DNA from: Ministeria vibrans ATCC 50519
Taxonomy: Eukaryota > Protista > Filasterea
Direction of reading: 5' to 3'
DNA length: 39,620 nucleotides
Assembly (NCBI GenBank): GCA_943704425.1
Contig: CALSCP010000390.1
Location: forward strand, 1 to 39,620
In this document: positions 1 to 21,600 of the stretch, piece after piece
Position numbering within the stretch: position 1 is the stretch's first letter
Layout of the letters: the number at the start of each line of letters is the position of its first letter
Translations under genes and position numbers: made by a program
The notes under the pieces: model-generated
What the model was told of the DNA's origin: nothing
What the model saw: the letters and a program-made list of their open reading frames with translations, nothing else
Databases searched by the model: none

Positions 1-86
<86 letters not shown>
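1..86. repeat. (TG)n microsatellite
   Basis: Perfect TG dinucleotide run from the window start. Confidence 0.98.
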
Positions 87-87
<1 letters not shown>

Positions 88-441
88 CAAAGGAGAGTCG
101 ACTGGTGTGTGTTTTGAGGATACTTTTTTGTTTTGCGAACCTCAACACTGCCTCGTGATGCTGCACCCCAAATGCTCTCTTCCTTCGAATGATCGATCTT
201 TTTGTCTTTCGAACTGGTAGCCATGATGTGTGTATATATAAAAAATATGAATAAAATTGAAAACAAATTGTGATCGTTCCTTCAGATTAGGATGAGCCGC
301 ACATGTACAATCAGAAGTACACAAAAGGCAACAAAAAAAAGTCGAAAGAAAGAGAAAGGGGTTGTTGGGACTTGGAACTTGCAAATGTCACTAATAATAA
401 TAATAATAATAATAATTTTATACATTAATAGTTTATATTTA

Positions 442-3400
442 TTACATGGCTAACTTGCCGCCAAATACACTCGCCACATACGACTGCACATGTTCACGCA
501 GCCGCTCAAATACGTCTCGCCAAGCACGCCAATGAACACTAAAGTGATCGTGTCCTACCGAGTGCGTCCACCGGCGCATGTGCAGCAAAATGCGATGGAC
601 AAGCTCAAGCTGACGCGCGAGCACAAACTCTTCACACACACTCAACAGGGTGACTACATCTGACTCGAGAGGCGCATCCGCAACACCTTGTCCCACCCAT
701 CGTGCACAAACACCAAGCACCGCGTCTTGCTCACCCCTGGCCTCTTCCAAGGCCCGTCGCAATGACACCACCCTATCATCACTCTCGGCAATTCCCCGCA
801 CTTCCTCCTCCACCACCACAACATCTTCCATCTCTGCCGGGTATACCCACCCACTCTCATCGAGGCATCCACGTCCCGGCCGTCCCACCATCCCCATCTT
901 CCCATTGTCCTCACCACCATACATTTGAGTCAGCGTCACCTTTTCCGCTTTCAAAGCACTCTCTTTTTCTCGCGCCTTCGCGCCCACCACACCCGCTGCG
1001 ACCTTCATCGCACGTCCTCGTTCTGTCACCACTACTTTAGTCGGCACATCCGTCACGTGCTCCTCATTCTCCTCCACTGTCTTCTTCTCTGCCCGCGTCC
1101 ACTCTGCCTCATACTCACGACGCACACTCACCGGCAGACACTCCCACACATCCTTGGCAATCGACTCCCGTCCCGGCGGCACCTTGTCCGCCTCTGTCAG
1201 CACTGCCACTGCAGTGTCGTTTGCACCGGCCGTGTCAGAAAAACTTGTAGGCATTGTCACATTCGACCTTGTACCATCTTGCGCAGTCGTCACCGTCGCA
1301 TTGTACTCGCGACAGTACGCCTCAAATTGCTCTCGTCCAAGTGCCCGTCGCATTTCCTCGGGAATATCCTCTGGCGCAACAATCCACGACACTCGACGCA
1401 CCACAGCCGGACGACTACCCACTGGCAACTTACCACTACTTCTCCCAATTCTATCATTCGCAGTCGCAGTCGCAGTCTCAGTCGTCGTCATCGTCGACGA
1501 CGTCGTTGTTGTTGTTGTTGTAGAGTACGTCTTTCTTGCTCTCCTCCGTGCAACCACCACAGCAGCTTCCTCTTCCTCTTCCTCTTCAATTCTCCTCGTC
1601 TTCCTCTCTCCTTCCTCCTCCTCCTCCTCCTCCTCCTCCTCTTCCTCCTCCTCCTCTTCTTCTTTTCCTCTGCCTTCTTCGAGCATGTCTCTTGGCCTCT
1701 TCACTCGACTCTTTTGCTTCTGAAACAGTCGCTCAAGTACCCCCTTCGTATTCTTCTTCTTCGCACCCGTCCCTTCCTCGCCGTGTACCAAATCCGTCAG
1801 CTGAATGCCTAAGCCTCGCACATCGGTGCACAGCACGGGACCCATGGCACGGTACAGCGCAAGCACCACCGGGGCAATCACCGAAGCATCACTCGTCGGA
1901 TCCCGCACCGCCTCCCCCCGCGACATCGTATCACACTTGCCATGTCCCAAGTGCTTTGACGCGTTTATCGGCGCATCTTTGTTGCGCACCATCATCTTCA
2001 AGGTCACCCTGCGACTGCGCACACCCGCAGCAACACACCGCCGACACACCTCGGCCGAGAGGTCCTCGAGAAATCGGTGAACCTTGTCATCGCGATCAAA
2101 CCGCACACCCCAGCTGATCTCGGCTGACACCGACTGTCGCTTGTGCACCGTCTTTAACGTTCGACTATCTCTGCCTTGCGCCGATTCCCACAGTGTCCGT
2201 CCTATCTTGGGCCCAAACATACTCTGAATCTCCGTCACAGGTCGCTCCGCCAACTGGCCGCACGTCTCAACGCCAAGCTCACGCAGACGTCGCGACGTCC
2301 GCCAACCAACGCCAGGAAGTGCCTTGATGGGCTGCTCGCGGACATACGCAGCAGCATCTTCAATGCGCGGGTCCAAGTAGCGCTGTCCATTGGGTTTGGC
2401 CTCGCGCGTTGCCATACGTGCCAGCATAATACTGTGCGATACACCTGCCGACGCAGTGCACTGCGTCAATTCAAACACTTCCGCTCGAAGTGCCATTATT
2501 ACTCGCTCAACCGCAACCGAATGCGCACACGGTGACGACAAAACACCAGTACCACTGTGCGTGCCACAGTTCTCTTCTTCTTCCGCTCCCTCCTCCTCTT
2601 CTCCCTCTTGCTTTTGCTCCTTGTGCATCTGCACCATCGACAACGCACGTCCCGTGTGCTCACACACCCACACGTTGAGACTCACATCAAGCAGCGCCTC
2701 ATCACAGCTCACCGCCTGCAGTTCACCGCCCGTCCATCGTTGAAAAACCTCGTAGAGCACACCCGAGATGCTCTCAATCTTCTCGTAGTTGTAGTCAAGC
2801 ACAGTAAGTTCGGGGCACAGACGACGTGCCTCGCTGAGCATTATACCGTTCTTGAGACCGCGTGCACGTGCTGCATAGTTGACACTGGCCAGCGAACAGG
2901 TGCTGTCCTCACCGCCATTGCGAGAGTGGCCTACCGCGCAGGGTCGGTCCCGCAAATGCGGTTTGTCCAGAAGCGACACGGAGACAAAGAACGAGTCGAG
3001 ATCCACATGGGCAATCAAACAATAGGGTGGTGCACCCAGCGGCTCAAACACCCCTGCGCCACGAACAGCAACGACAGCGCCTGCTGCAGCTGATGCTGCC
3101 GCCGTCGCTGCTGCTGCCAGATCCGCTGCTGCGTGCACATTGGATGCACGCTGTCGTGCTTCGGCGCCAATCGTCGAGAGGTGATGCAAACGTGACGATT
3201 GAAAGAAGCGCTGGAGAAAGTTTGGGTCTTCGTTGGACGAAATAGGACCCATGAGGGGTACTGCAGGAGTGGACGTTCGATCAGGAGGTGGGAGCCGAGT
3301 GGCTGGTTTGGACGTTGACACACTCGCTACTGTTGTGGCGTTGTTCGCTACTGATGATACAACCGTTGAAGCGGTAGTTGAAGCAGTTGGCGTTGGTGCG

Positions 3401-4082
3401 GAGGGGTTCGCCGTGGCTGTGGCCGTGGCTGACGCCGCTGACACGTTGAATTGTTTGGGCGCCGCTGCAGGATGAGAGGTGGGTGACTTGCGACTGGTGA
3501 GTGGTGCGAGACCCTTGGGAAAGAGAGTAGGTTGGTCGGGCTCGCGTGTGTCGTAAAGAGAGTAGTTCTTCCAGGGTTGGAGAGAGCCCTTCTCAATGCT
3601 GTCGACGATCCAGTTGGGATGCACAATTTTCTCATACCTACCAAAGCAAAACAAACAAGTGAGCGGTGGTAGCGGCACGCATGCAACGATGACCGTACGC
3701 CATCAATTGCCCATGCTTGTTACTCGGCAACACGAGCGCAATGGTGTGCGTGACGCGCGTCTTGCTCGTGTGGTACGAATAGTGTCCGCCGTGCGCACAC
3801 ACCATCTCGCGTAGTGCGCCTGCCGTCGGTTCCGTCCGCCCATTCACCCATATCGTCACGCCCTTGAACATGGTCGACGTGAGGGTTGTTCTAGGCAGCG
3901 GAAGGAGGGCGTGAGTGGGAACAGAAGAGCCCCAGCGCAACGACACACCTTTGTTGTTCCTTCAACTTGACCGTTTTCGATTCCATATACGAGTGCCCGT
4001 CACCAAATCCCCAAGTCGCTACACCTTCTCCATGAACCACTGCTCCTGGGTCAGGATCGTCGGCGTCGACTAGAGCATCCAT
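442..4082 (-). CDS. REV1: DNA repair protein REV1 (Y-family deoxycytidyl transferase), 3 exons
   Basis: Exons 4082-3949, 3890-3699 and 3637-442, joined by phase-consistent GT-AG introns of 58 and 61 nt. N-terminal SYMESKTVKLKEQ; BRCT domain (MFKGVTIWVNGRTEP...IVHPNWIVDSI); SRLHH N-digit; catalytic HVDLDSFFVSV and SCDEA; little-finger domain (SVSAEISWGVRF, KHLGHGKCD); UBM-like VWECLPVSVRREY; C-terminal polymerase-interaction domain. Confidence 0.96.
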
Positions 4083-4168
4083 ATTCCAGATTACAGGAAA
4101 AAAAAAAGTACAAAAAGTCGAAATTCGAAAATCTACCAGAATAATTAATATTAATAATAATAATAATA

Positions 4169-4207
<39 letters not shown>

Positions 4208-4242
4208 AATAAAATAAGACAAAATTAATCAATATTTTGAAG
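4083..4242. promoter_or_regulatory. Putative bidirectional promoter between REV1 and CDK12-like, containing an (AAT)n/(ATT)n inverted repeat
   Basis: 160 nt between divergent ATGs (4082 on -, 4243 on +). AT-only tract ~4141-4217 with an AAT-to-ATT switch near 4170. Confidence 0.6.
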
Positions 4243-5081
4243 ATGAGCGGCGCCCACGCTCGAGACCGCTCACTAGATCGTGACTCGGGGGACTACGAGC
4301 GGCCCGCTCGACGCCGGCGTCCGTCTTCCGACGAGCGTGACCGGTCGCCCTCACGATCGCCCTCTCCACGACGCGACCTTTCACGGCGCCACAGTGATCG
4401 ACACGACCGCCATCGTGAGGGCCACCATCACCATCAGCACCACCACCACCATTCTCAGCACAGTCGAAGCAATGGCTACCGAGAGCGTCGTTCGCGCGCC
4501 GACAGCGAAAGTTTTCGTTCGTCTCGTCGTCGTGACAGCTCCAGTCCGCCGCCGCCGCCGCCGCGACACCATCATCATCATCAGCAGCAGCAGCAGCAGC
4601 ACTACCGACATCGCTCGCACCGTCCAACGTCCCACGCGAGGGATCGCGTGCACCGCTCACGTTCGCCTCCTCCTTCACGTTCCTGGTCTTCGCGTTCGCC
4701 ACCGCCCACAAGACGGTCCCGTTCGCCGACGTCCCCGCCGTCGGAACACTCCCATCGCGCCGCAAAACGCTACCGAGACGACCACCGTCCCTTGGGTCCT
4801 CCGTCGCGCCACCCCAACGACCGTCCGTCGTTTCCTCCACCACCTCGCGGCAACATTGACGATTCCCGTTCTCATCCTCGTCCGCCAAAAGGCTCGCCTC
4901 CTCCGCCTCCTCCACCCCCCGCACCGCAAGCTCCTGCGAGCACTCCGCCTCCACCCGCTCCCGAACCTCCAGCCCAAAGCCCCTCGCCACCACCACCGCC
5001 ACCTCCTCCACCGCTACCTGTCGAGGACAATTCTGCAATCCCTGCCGCTTCAAATACCAATGCTACCTCAATCACCGCTGG

Positions 5082-5127
<46 letters not shown>

Positions 5128-5458
5128 ACTTCGTCGTTGCCATCGTCGTCCGCCGGCACTCCCTCCGTCAGCGTCACTTGCGCACAACCCTTTCAATTCA
5201 GCATGCCTTTCCCACCAGCCACTTCTTGTGCGTCGACTCCACCCTTTCCCTTTCCCCTCCCCTTCCTCCAGCAACCATCTCAGCCGCCACAATTAGCGAT
5301 GCCCTCCCTCCCATTCCCCCCCATGCACCCGCCCCCTTCCATGACACTCCCATCCAACACACCCGACGCAATGGCCAACGCCTTCTATCCCCAACACCAA
5401 ACACAACAACAACACCAACACCATCAACAACAACAACCACAACAATCACACCAACACC

Positions 5459-5515
<57 letters not shown>

Positions 5516-5535
5516 ACCATCAGCAACAACAACAG

Positions 5536-5572
<37 letters not shown>

Positions 5573-7206
5573 TAACCTTCTCTGCGCCTCCCACAACCCC
5601 AGGCACCCCCGATCCTTCCTCCACCCCACCCACCACTACCACTACTACCACCACCGCCGCTAGCAGTACGTGGGGCACCCGCTCCATCGACTCCTTCCGT
5701 ATCCTTGAGCTTGTGGGCGAGGGTGCCTATGGCCAAGTGTACAAGGCACTCGAAATCGACACAGGCGAACTCGTCGCTCTCAAACGCATCCGCAGTGGCA
5801 GCCTTCGCTCCGGCAAAGAGGGCTTCCCCCTCTCGGCTATCCGCGAAATCAAAATCCTCAAGCGTCTCAATCACCCAAACATTGTGCGTCTGCGCGAAAT
5901 CATCACCGATCGCATGACGCTCGACAAGTTTCGGCAGGGCAAGGTTGCCATCTACATGGTCATGGAGTACATGGACCACGACTTGTCAGGCTTGCTTGCT
6001 AGCAAGCTCATCACTCTTTCTCTTGCCCAGTCCCGCTCCTACATGCACCAACTTCTCTGTGCCATTCAGTTCTGTCACGACCGTTGTTTTCTACATCGTG
6101 ACATCAAAGGCTCCAATCTCCTTCTGAACAATCGCGGTCAGCTCAAGCTTGCCGATTTTGGGCTGGCGCGCTCCTACGCCAACCACGTCGACCGCGCATA
6201 TACTCCCGAAGTCATCACTCTGCCGTACCGGCCGCCCGAGCTACTCCTTGGCGTCGACCGGTACAACACCAAGCTCGACATGTGGTCGTGCGGCTGCGTC
6301 TTGGCCGAGCTCCTTGTCGGACGACCCCTCTTTACCGGCCGCACCGAACTCGACCAGTTTGACGCCATCACGCGCCTCTGTGGTACCCCGACGCGCGCCA
6401 ACTGGCCCACTGTCGTCAAGCTGCCACACTTCGCCACCATGTGCACCAAAGCTGCGCCCCGCCCGCGCCGCCTCGTCGACGACTTCAAGAAGTACGACCC
6501 CCAGGCCGTGGCGCTCCTTGATCAGCTGCTCACACTGGATCCAGAGCGCCGTCCGTCCGCCGTCGAATCGCTCCAGGCTGACTTCTTCTGCAACCCCTCC
6601 GATCCCACTGCACCCGACCTTACGGCCCTTGCGCAGAGCCTCTCCAAGGAGGACTGCCATGACTATGTGACCAAGCGCAAGATTCGCAGTGCGCGCAAAG
6701 AGAAAGCAGACACCGCAGCCGCAGTTGCAGCCGCAGCAGCAGCCCAAGCACAGGCACAAGCAACTGGTGCCGCATCCAATGAGTGGGTGGCCCCCGGAAG
6801 TGCGCCTCCACCCTCAGTAACAACAGCAGCAACAACAGCCACCAGTGCAGTGACGACAGCTTCTGTGGTTGTACCAACACCGACGGACGCTGACATGTGG
6901 GCAGCTGCTGTTGCCGACACCATCAAGAGTGTCGCTCCTTCGCCTGCTCGCGCTTCTCTTCTACCTCCAACAGCAACAACTATGCCTCCGGCGCCTTCAT
7001 CGCATGTCGCCACGGTTGTTGCACAGGCGACTCGCAGGGCCGAGCAGCAACAACGAATGCAGCAACAGCAACAACAACAGCAGCAACGCATCCATCATGC
7101 CCAACACCCTCCGCCTCCGTCCGCGCATGCTCCAAACTCTTCAAGAACCCAGCCCTCTTCAGTCTCTACCCGTATCGTAGACCATCCACGAGAACCCTAC
7201 ATGTAA
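4243..7206 (+). CDS. CDK12: CDK12/CDK13-like cyclin-dependent kinase, intronless
   Basis: N-terminal RS-rich and proline-rich regions. Kinase motifs GEGAYGQVYKA, EGFPLSAIREIKIL (PITAIRE-like), HRDIKGSNLL, DFGLAR and YRPPELLLG. C-terminal extension DCHDYVTKRK resembles CDK12 DCHELWSKK. First ATG is at 4243. Confidence 0.9.
5390..5572 (+). repeat. (CAA)n-rich coding tract, poly-Q/H in CDK12-like
   Basis: Imperfect CAA repeats encoding QQQQHQQQ. Confidence 0.9.
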
Positions 7207-7387
7207 TACAGTGCCCATTTACACACATGAATTAATTCGAAAAATTTTCCGATGCGCAATCGAAATGAGTTCCATCAATAACTAATAAGATCATCGAAAT
7301 TTGATGATTATCAAATACTTTCTCCTTCTTTGTGTATCTCATCTTCTTACGATTTCTCCTTTTGGATCTGCCGTTTGAACGCGTACA

Positions 7388-13831
<6,444 letters not shown>

Positions 13832-13968
13832 TTCACACATTCTACATAATATTGTAATACTATCGATGTTTTTCTCTCTCACGTCCGAGAGAGTACAACG
13901 TCTTGATCAAATAATAATAATAATAATTATTAAAAACAAACAAACAAAGGAGGTGTAATGCATATGAA

Positions 13969-17087
<3,119 letters not shown>

Positions 17088-17291
17088 CGGGCGAAGGACG
17101 GGAGGGAGAGAGCGAGAGAGGGAGGGGAGGAGACGGTGAGACGGTAGACTGTCGAGTGATCAATGCGCAAGAGAGACAGGGACAGAATAGAGGTCAGTGC
17201 GTAAAAAAAAAAGTTGTGGCGAGTGGAAAGTTGAGTCCCAGTTTCAAGATCTCAAATTCAGTTATTCATTCCTCTCTTTCTCCTTCTTCCA

Positions 17292-18555
17292 ATGATCCTT
17301 CTTGAGTTTGGCAACAAGATCATTGTGAACACGCTCACTGCGCGATTCAACCCGTACGCAAATGCGACTGAGTGAATTTGGGAGTGGGAAGTTTGAAACG
17401 CTCTCTGTGCATGTTTGCCGCGCGACGCTTCCCCCCTATGGCACCCGTTGTTAGCGAAAAAGTTGTGGCGCTCGTGCGACCTTGCCTGTTCGCAATCCGA
17501 GTTTGGTCTTAGAGCCTTTTCATCGAATTGTTCTCTCTCTCTCTCTTCTCTCTCTCTCGCTCGTTTGAGTGCGCTGACGGCTTTCGTGCTCAATGAAAAC
17601 TCATTCTGCTGGTGCTCCACTGCCGTTCCGTGCCTTCCCCCCTGCTGCACTTGATGGCTGATTTTGGTGTCTTTTTTTTTTTTTTTTGCTCTGGCGAGAA
17701 TATTCCTCAAACTTGCGCTTTGCTTTATCGCTACGCCTCGTTTGTCCCACTTTCGGTGTGCATCCAGTGCAGGGAACGCATGCATTCCGGCAGAAGAGCT
17801 CTGTTTCCGGGCGATATGTGTTTTTTTTCTCGTCCTTTTTTCGTCATTTTTCGCTGACTTGGCTCTCCTGCGCGGCCGCCGGTGTGTGCGGCCGCGTTGG
17901 CGCGTGTCGATGGGCATTGTTGAGTTGTGTACGAGAGGGCGGGCACGTACTGACCAAGCGGGGGCTGTTTCGTTGTGTGTTTGACACACTGACAGGGATA
18001 ACAAGCCGGAGAGCGTTGACATTACGGTGGCTGATTTCGATGGTGTTCTCTTCCACGTGAGTACGCTGGACGGCAACAAGGGACGGATTGTGGTCAGCAT
18101 CAGCATGAAGTGCTTCAGGGAGCTGCAGGAGTACGGTGTGGACGACGTGCTGAAGCGCATCTATGGCGATTTGATTTGCGAGACGGAGGCTGGCCACGAC
18201 TTTAGCATTGCCTTTGATCTGGATGCGCTCCCGGAGAACCCCGACCAGTGGATCATTGAGGCGTCTATGATGAAGCGTCACTGTCTTGCCGCGCCCTTTG
18301 AGAGGTGCTTTGAGATGCAGGAGGCCGGAAGCGAGTCATCAAAGCCCATGGTTATCCCGTACCGTGACAACGAGACCATCTACCTCAAGGTAAACCATGG
18401 TGTACCTGTCTGTTTTTCCATTTGTTCCCTCTTGCATTGTATATTATTGGGCTTCTTCTTTTCTTCTTTCTTTTTTCTCCTACTCTTTTCTTTCTGTATC
18501 ACTTCGTTTCTCTCTCCCTCTCTCTCTTACTATCACTTTGTTTCTCCATCTCTTA

Positions 18556-18586
<31 letters not shown>

Positions 18587-18827
18587 TTTCTCGATTTGGT
18601 TCGGTCTCCCAGGCGGACAAGGACCGAGTGACAGTTATTTTCAGCACTGTCTTCAACGACGACGACGACATTGTCATTGGCAAGGTGTTCCTCCAGGAGT
18701 TTGTCGACGCACGACGCAACGTGCAGCAGGCACCGCAAGTGCTGTTCAGCCACAGAGAGCCCCCGGCTGAGCTGGAGGGCACCACGGCCGCCCGTGGAAA
18801 GAACATTGGTTACATTACATTTGGTAC

Positions 18828-18879
<52 letters not shown>

Positions 18880-19064
18880 TGTGAAAGCGTTGTCGCTTTG
18901 GCAGAGTTTTGTATATGAATGAGCGAGCTTGGGCGAAAGACTGTGAATGACTGAGTGGGTGAACCAGAGAGTACACGGTCTAGAGTGTACGGCTGTGTTT
19001 TTTAGACAGCCCTCTGCGTGTATGTGTGTTTTCCCTCTCACCCTTCTTTCTCGCGTCTTACTCG

Positions 19065-19149
<85 letters not shown>

Positions 19150-19393
19150 TCCCTTCTCCTACACAGTGATGTCACCCCGACACTACCGTGCGGCTGTGCG
19201 CGAGCAAGCTATCTCGCTCGTCCAGACCTTCCGCGACTACCTGCACTACCACATCAAGTGCTCCAAAGCGTACCTGCACTCGCGCATGCGTGCCCGCGTC
19301 ACCATGCTCCTCAAAATCCTCAACCGCGCACGTCCCGAGGAGAAGAACGTCACCAAGAAGACAATGACTGGAAAGACGTTCAAGCGCAAGTAA
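17292..19393 (+). CDS. ARPC2: Arp2/3 complex subunit 2 (p34-Arc), 4 exons
   Basis: Exons 17292-17353, 17996-18389, 18613-18823 and 19167-19393. [11 protein letters not shown]...[18 protein letters not shown]; [32 protein letters not shown]; [12 protein letters not shown]; [22 protein letters not shown]; KKTMTGKTF. Confidence 0.98.
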
Positions 19394-19646
19394 AACTCCC
19401 TCTCTCTCTCTTTCTCTTGTGTGTGAGTAAAAGAAAGTGGATTATTGACCTTTTTATTTTTAAAAGTATAATCATGACCTATGGGTTGAATTATTCTATT
19501 GTGCTGCCTGTGCTGCTCGCACACTATTGAGTTCGTCAAGAAACCGGTTGAACTGACGGAAAGTCGATTCAATCGAGTCTAACACTTGTGCATCCTAAAA
19601 AAAACGACCTTAGCAACTTCCTTCTCGCACTACTTTTCTCCCCACA

Positions 19647-21350
19647 CTATGTCCTTACGCGTAAGAGTGCAGCTCGTTCGCGCTGCTCCATTGCAGAGCG
19701 CAAAGGTAGTCTGAGTGCGCCCACTGTGCGTTCCAACTGGCGCAGTTTCTCCTGCAAACGGCAGTTTTCAATCTCCAGCTCGACTGCGCGTGTCTCAGCG
19801 CGAATGCGACGCAGTTCACTTTCCGTTGCTGTCTGTGCATCTTCTTCTTTTTCTTCTTCTTCTTCTTCCTCATGGTCATGACCATGACCATGATGTGTCT
19901 TGTCTGTGTGTTGCCGTTGTTGATGTTCCGTACTTGTGTCACTCACTGTCTCACTCGAGGCATTCTTTCTGCGTTGATCCTTGTCTTTGTTCTTGTCCTT
20001 CTTCTTCAACTTCTTCTTCTTCTTTGCCTTCCCCTTCTGTGCCTTGGTGTGTACATCCTCTCCTTCGGTTCCTATGGCCAAGGACTGTACCACAGGTAGC
20101 ACCGGTAGCCAATCCACCGCGCTTGTCCACACCGTCGCCTCCGCGGGCAGTCGCGCGTACTCTTCGCCGCTCTCCCCACGATCATGCCCACTGTTGGCAC
20201 GCTCCACATTCTTCACCAGCGCCCCTTTCACTTCACGCCACACACTTCCGTCGACACGCCGGTTTCCCCGCAAGTCCACCAGAGTCAGTCGCTCATTGAG
20301 GCGCAGCATGTCAAGCAACGCACGCGCTCCCTCACTGGTCACTCCACACTGTTGCAGGTCCAGCGCACGCAGCCACACATCATCGCACAGCACCGCTGCC
20401 AAACTCATCACCGTTGCGTCACCCAATCCCATGTTCCCACAAAGTGTCAGGCGACACAGCGCTCGTTTGCTTCTGCGCGATGGCTCTCGGTTTCGTAAGC
20501 TCTCCTCCTACAATATTAAGAAGGCATTTACTACTTTCAATATCCCTTTCTTTCAAGATTCAATTATACCCAGTCATTGCTGTCGGCTCGCGCTGCGACA
20601 CCGCTTAGAAGATCGGCGAGAGTAGATCCACTTTCGGCAGTGAGTGCGCAAAAGGAGAGGTCAAGAAAGGCAAGCTTGGCGTGCGACCGAAGTGGACCCG
20701 CAAGAACCATCAAACTTGCATCGCCCATACGCGAGGCTGCAAGCGACACGACACGAAGTGACTGGTTGGCGCTGAGTCCTTCGGCAAGGTATTGAGCATT
20801 GCCGGTGGAGGAGAGGTCAATTCCTGTCAGCTCGAGAGTTGTCAAGGCGACAGGCGAACTGTGCATCAAAGTCTGTTCCAGCGCCGAATAGAGCAATCGC
20901 GGACGCTCCGCAAGCGTACCTGCTGCAATACTGGGTCCCGGACCAGCCGGTAGCGTTCTTCGCGTGGCCGCATTGAGCGCCTGCAGGCGAATTCCGCGTA
21001 GTGCCCGCGTCGAATTGAGCATCAACAAAAGCGGCCGCCACGCATCGACGGGGTCGCGGTCCACACGTGCATCAAGGACATGGTCTCGCTCCAGTTTGTC
21101 CACAATCTCTCTTTTGGGACAGATTGAATAGAGGGCGCACAAGTCTGTTATGAGGAGTATAAGTTTGTTTGTGATTGCACGTATTGTTGCATTCATTACC
21201 TGTGTAGTGCTCGGCGGGACGCTTGGGCCACCTCTTGCGTGCTGCAACAGAGTCCGGTGTTGTAGACAAAGACGGTCGTGAATGGGGCCGCGACGCTGTG
21301 GCACTAGCTGCTGCGGGTGGGACCGTTGATGACACGGGATAAACTCGCAT
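19647..21350 (-). CDS. CEP78: Centrosomal protein CEP78 homolog (LRR), 3 exons
   Basis: Exons 21350-21200, 21144-20570 and 20507-19647. DSVAARK...EHYTDLCALYSICP...VLDARVDR...AWRPLL matches the CEP78 N-terminus. WEESLRNREP...LCRLTLCGNMGLGD...DDVWLRALDLQQCGVTSEGARALL matches WAESLRYRRP...EDLWLRALDLQQCGLT. C-terminal coiled coil. Confidence 0.88.
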
Positions 21351-21600
21351 TGTAAGAATAATAATAATAATGACAATCAAGGGATTGAAAATTGAATATT
21401 GATGACTGATCGTTCAAAAAACAATCTTCATGATAATAATAAAAGATTACATTATTTTCTATTGGTAAACGATAAACAGGTATAAAATGTTCTTTTATTA
21501 CTTGGATTGAGTTTCTCCACTCGTCTCTCTGTCTCTCTATCCATCTCTCTCTATCTCTCTAACACACACAGACAGTCGCACAAACTAATGCAAAGAAAAG

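Noticed and set aside
2-384. Short ORFs at the window start
   Set aside because: They are microsatellite-derived (CVCV) or have no recognisable motifs. They are probably intron or 3' end of an upstream gene that cannot be modelled here.
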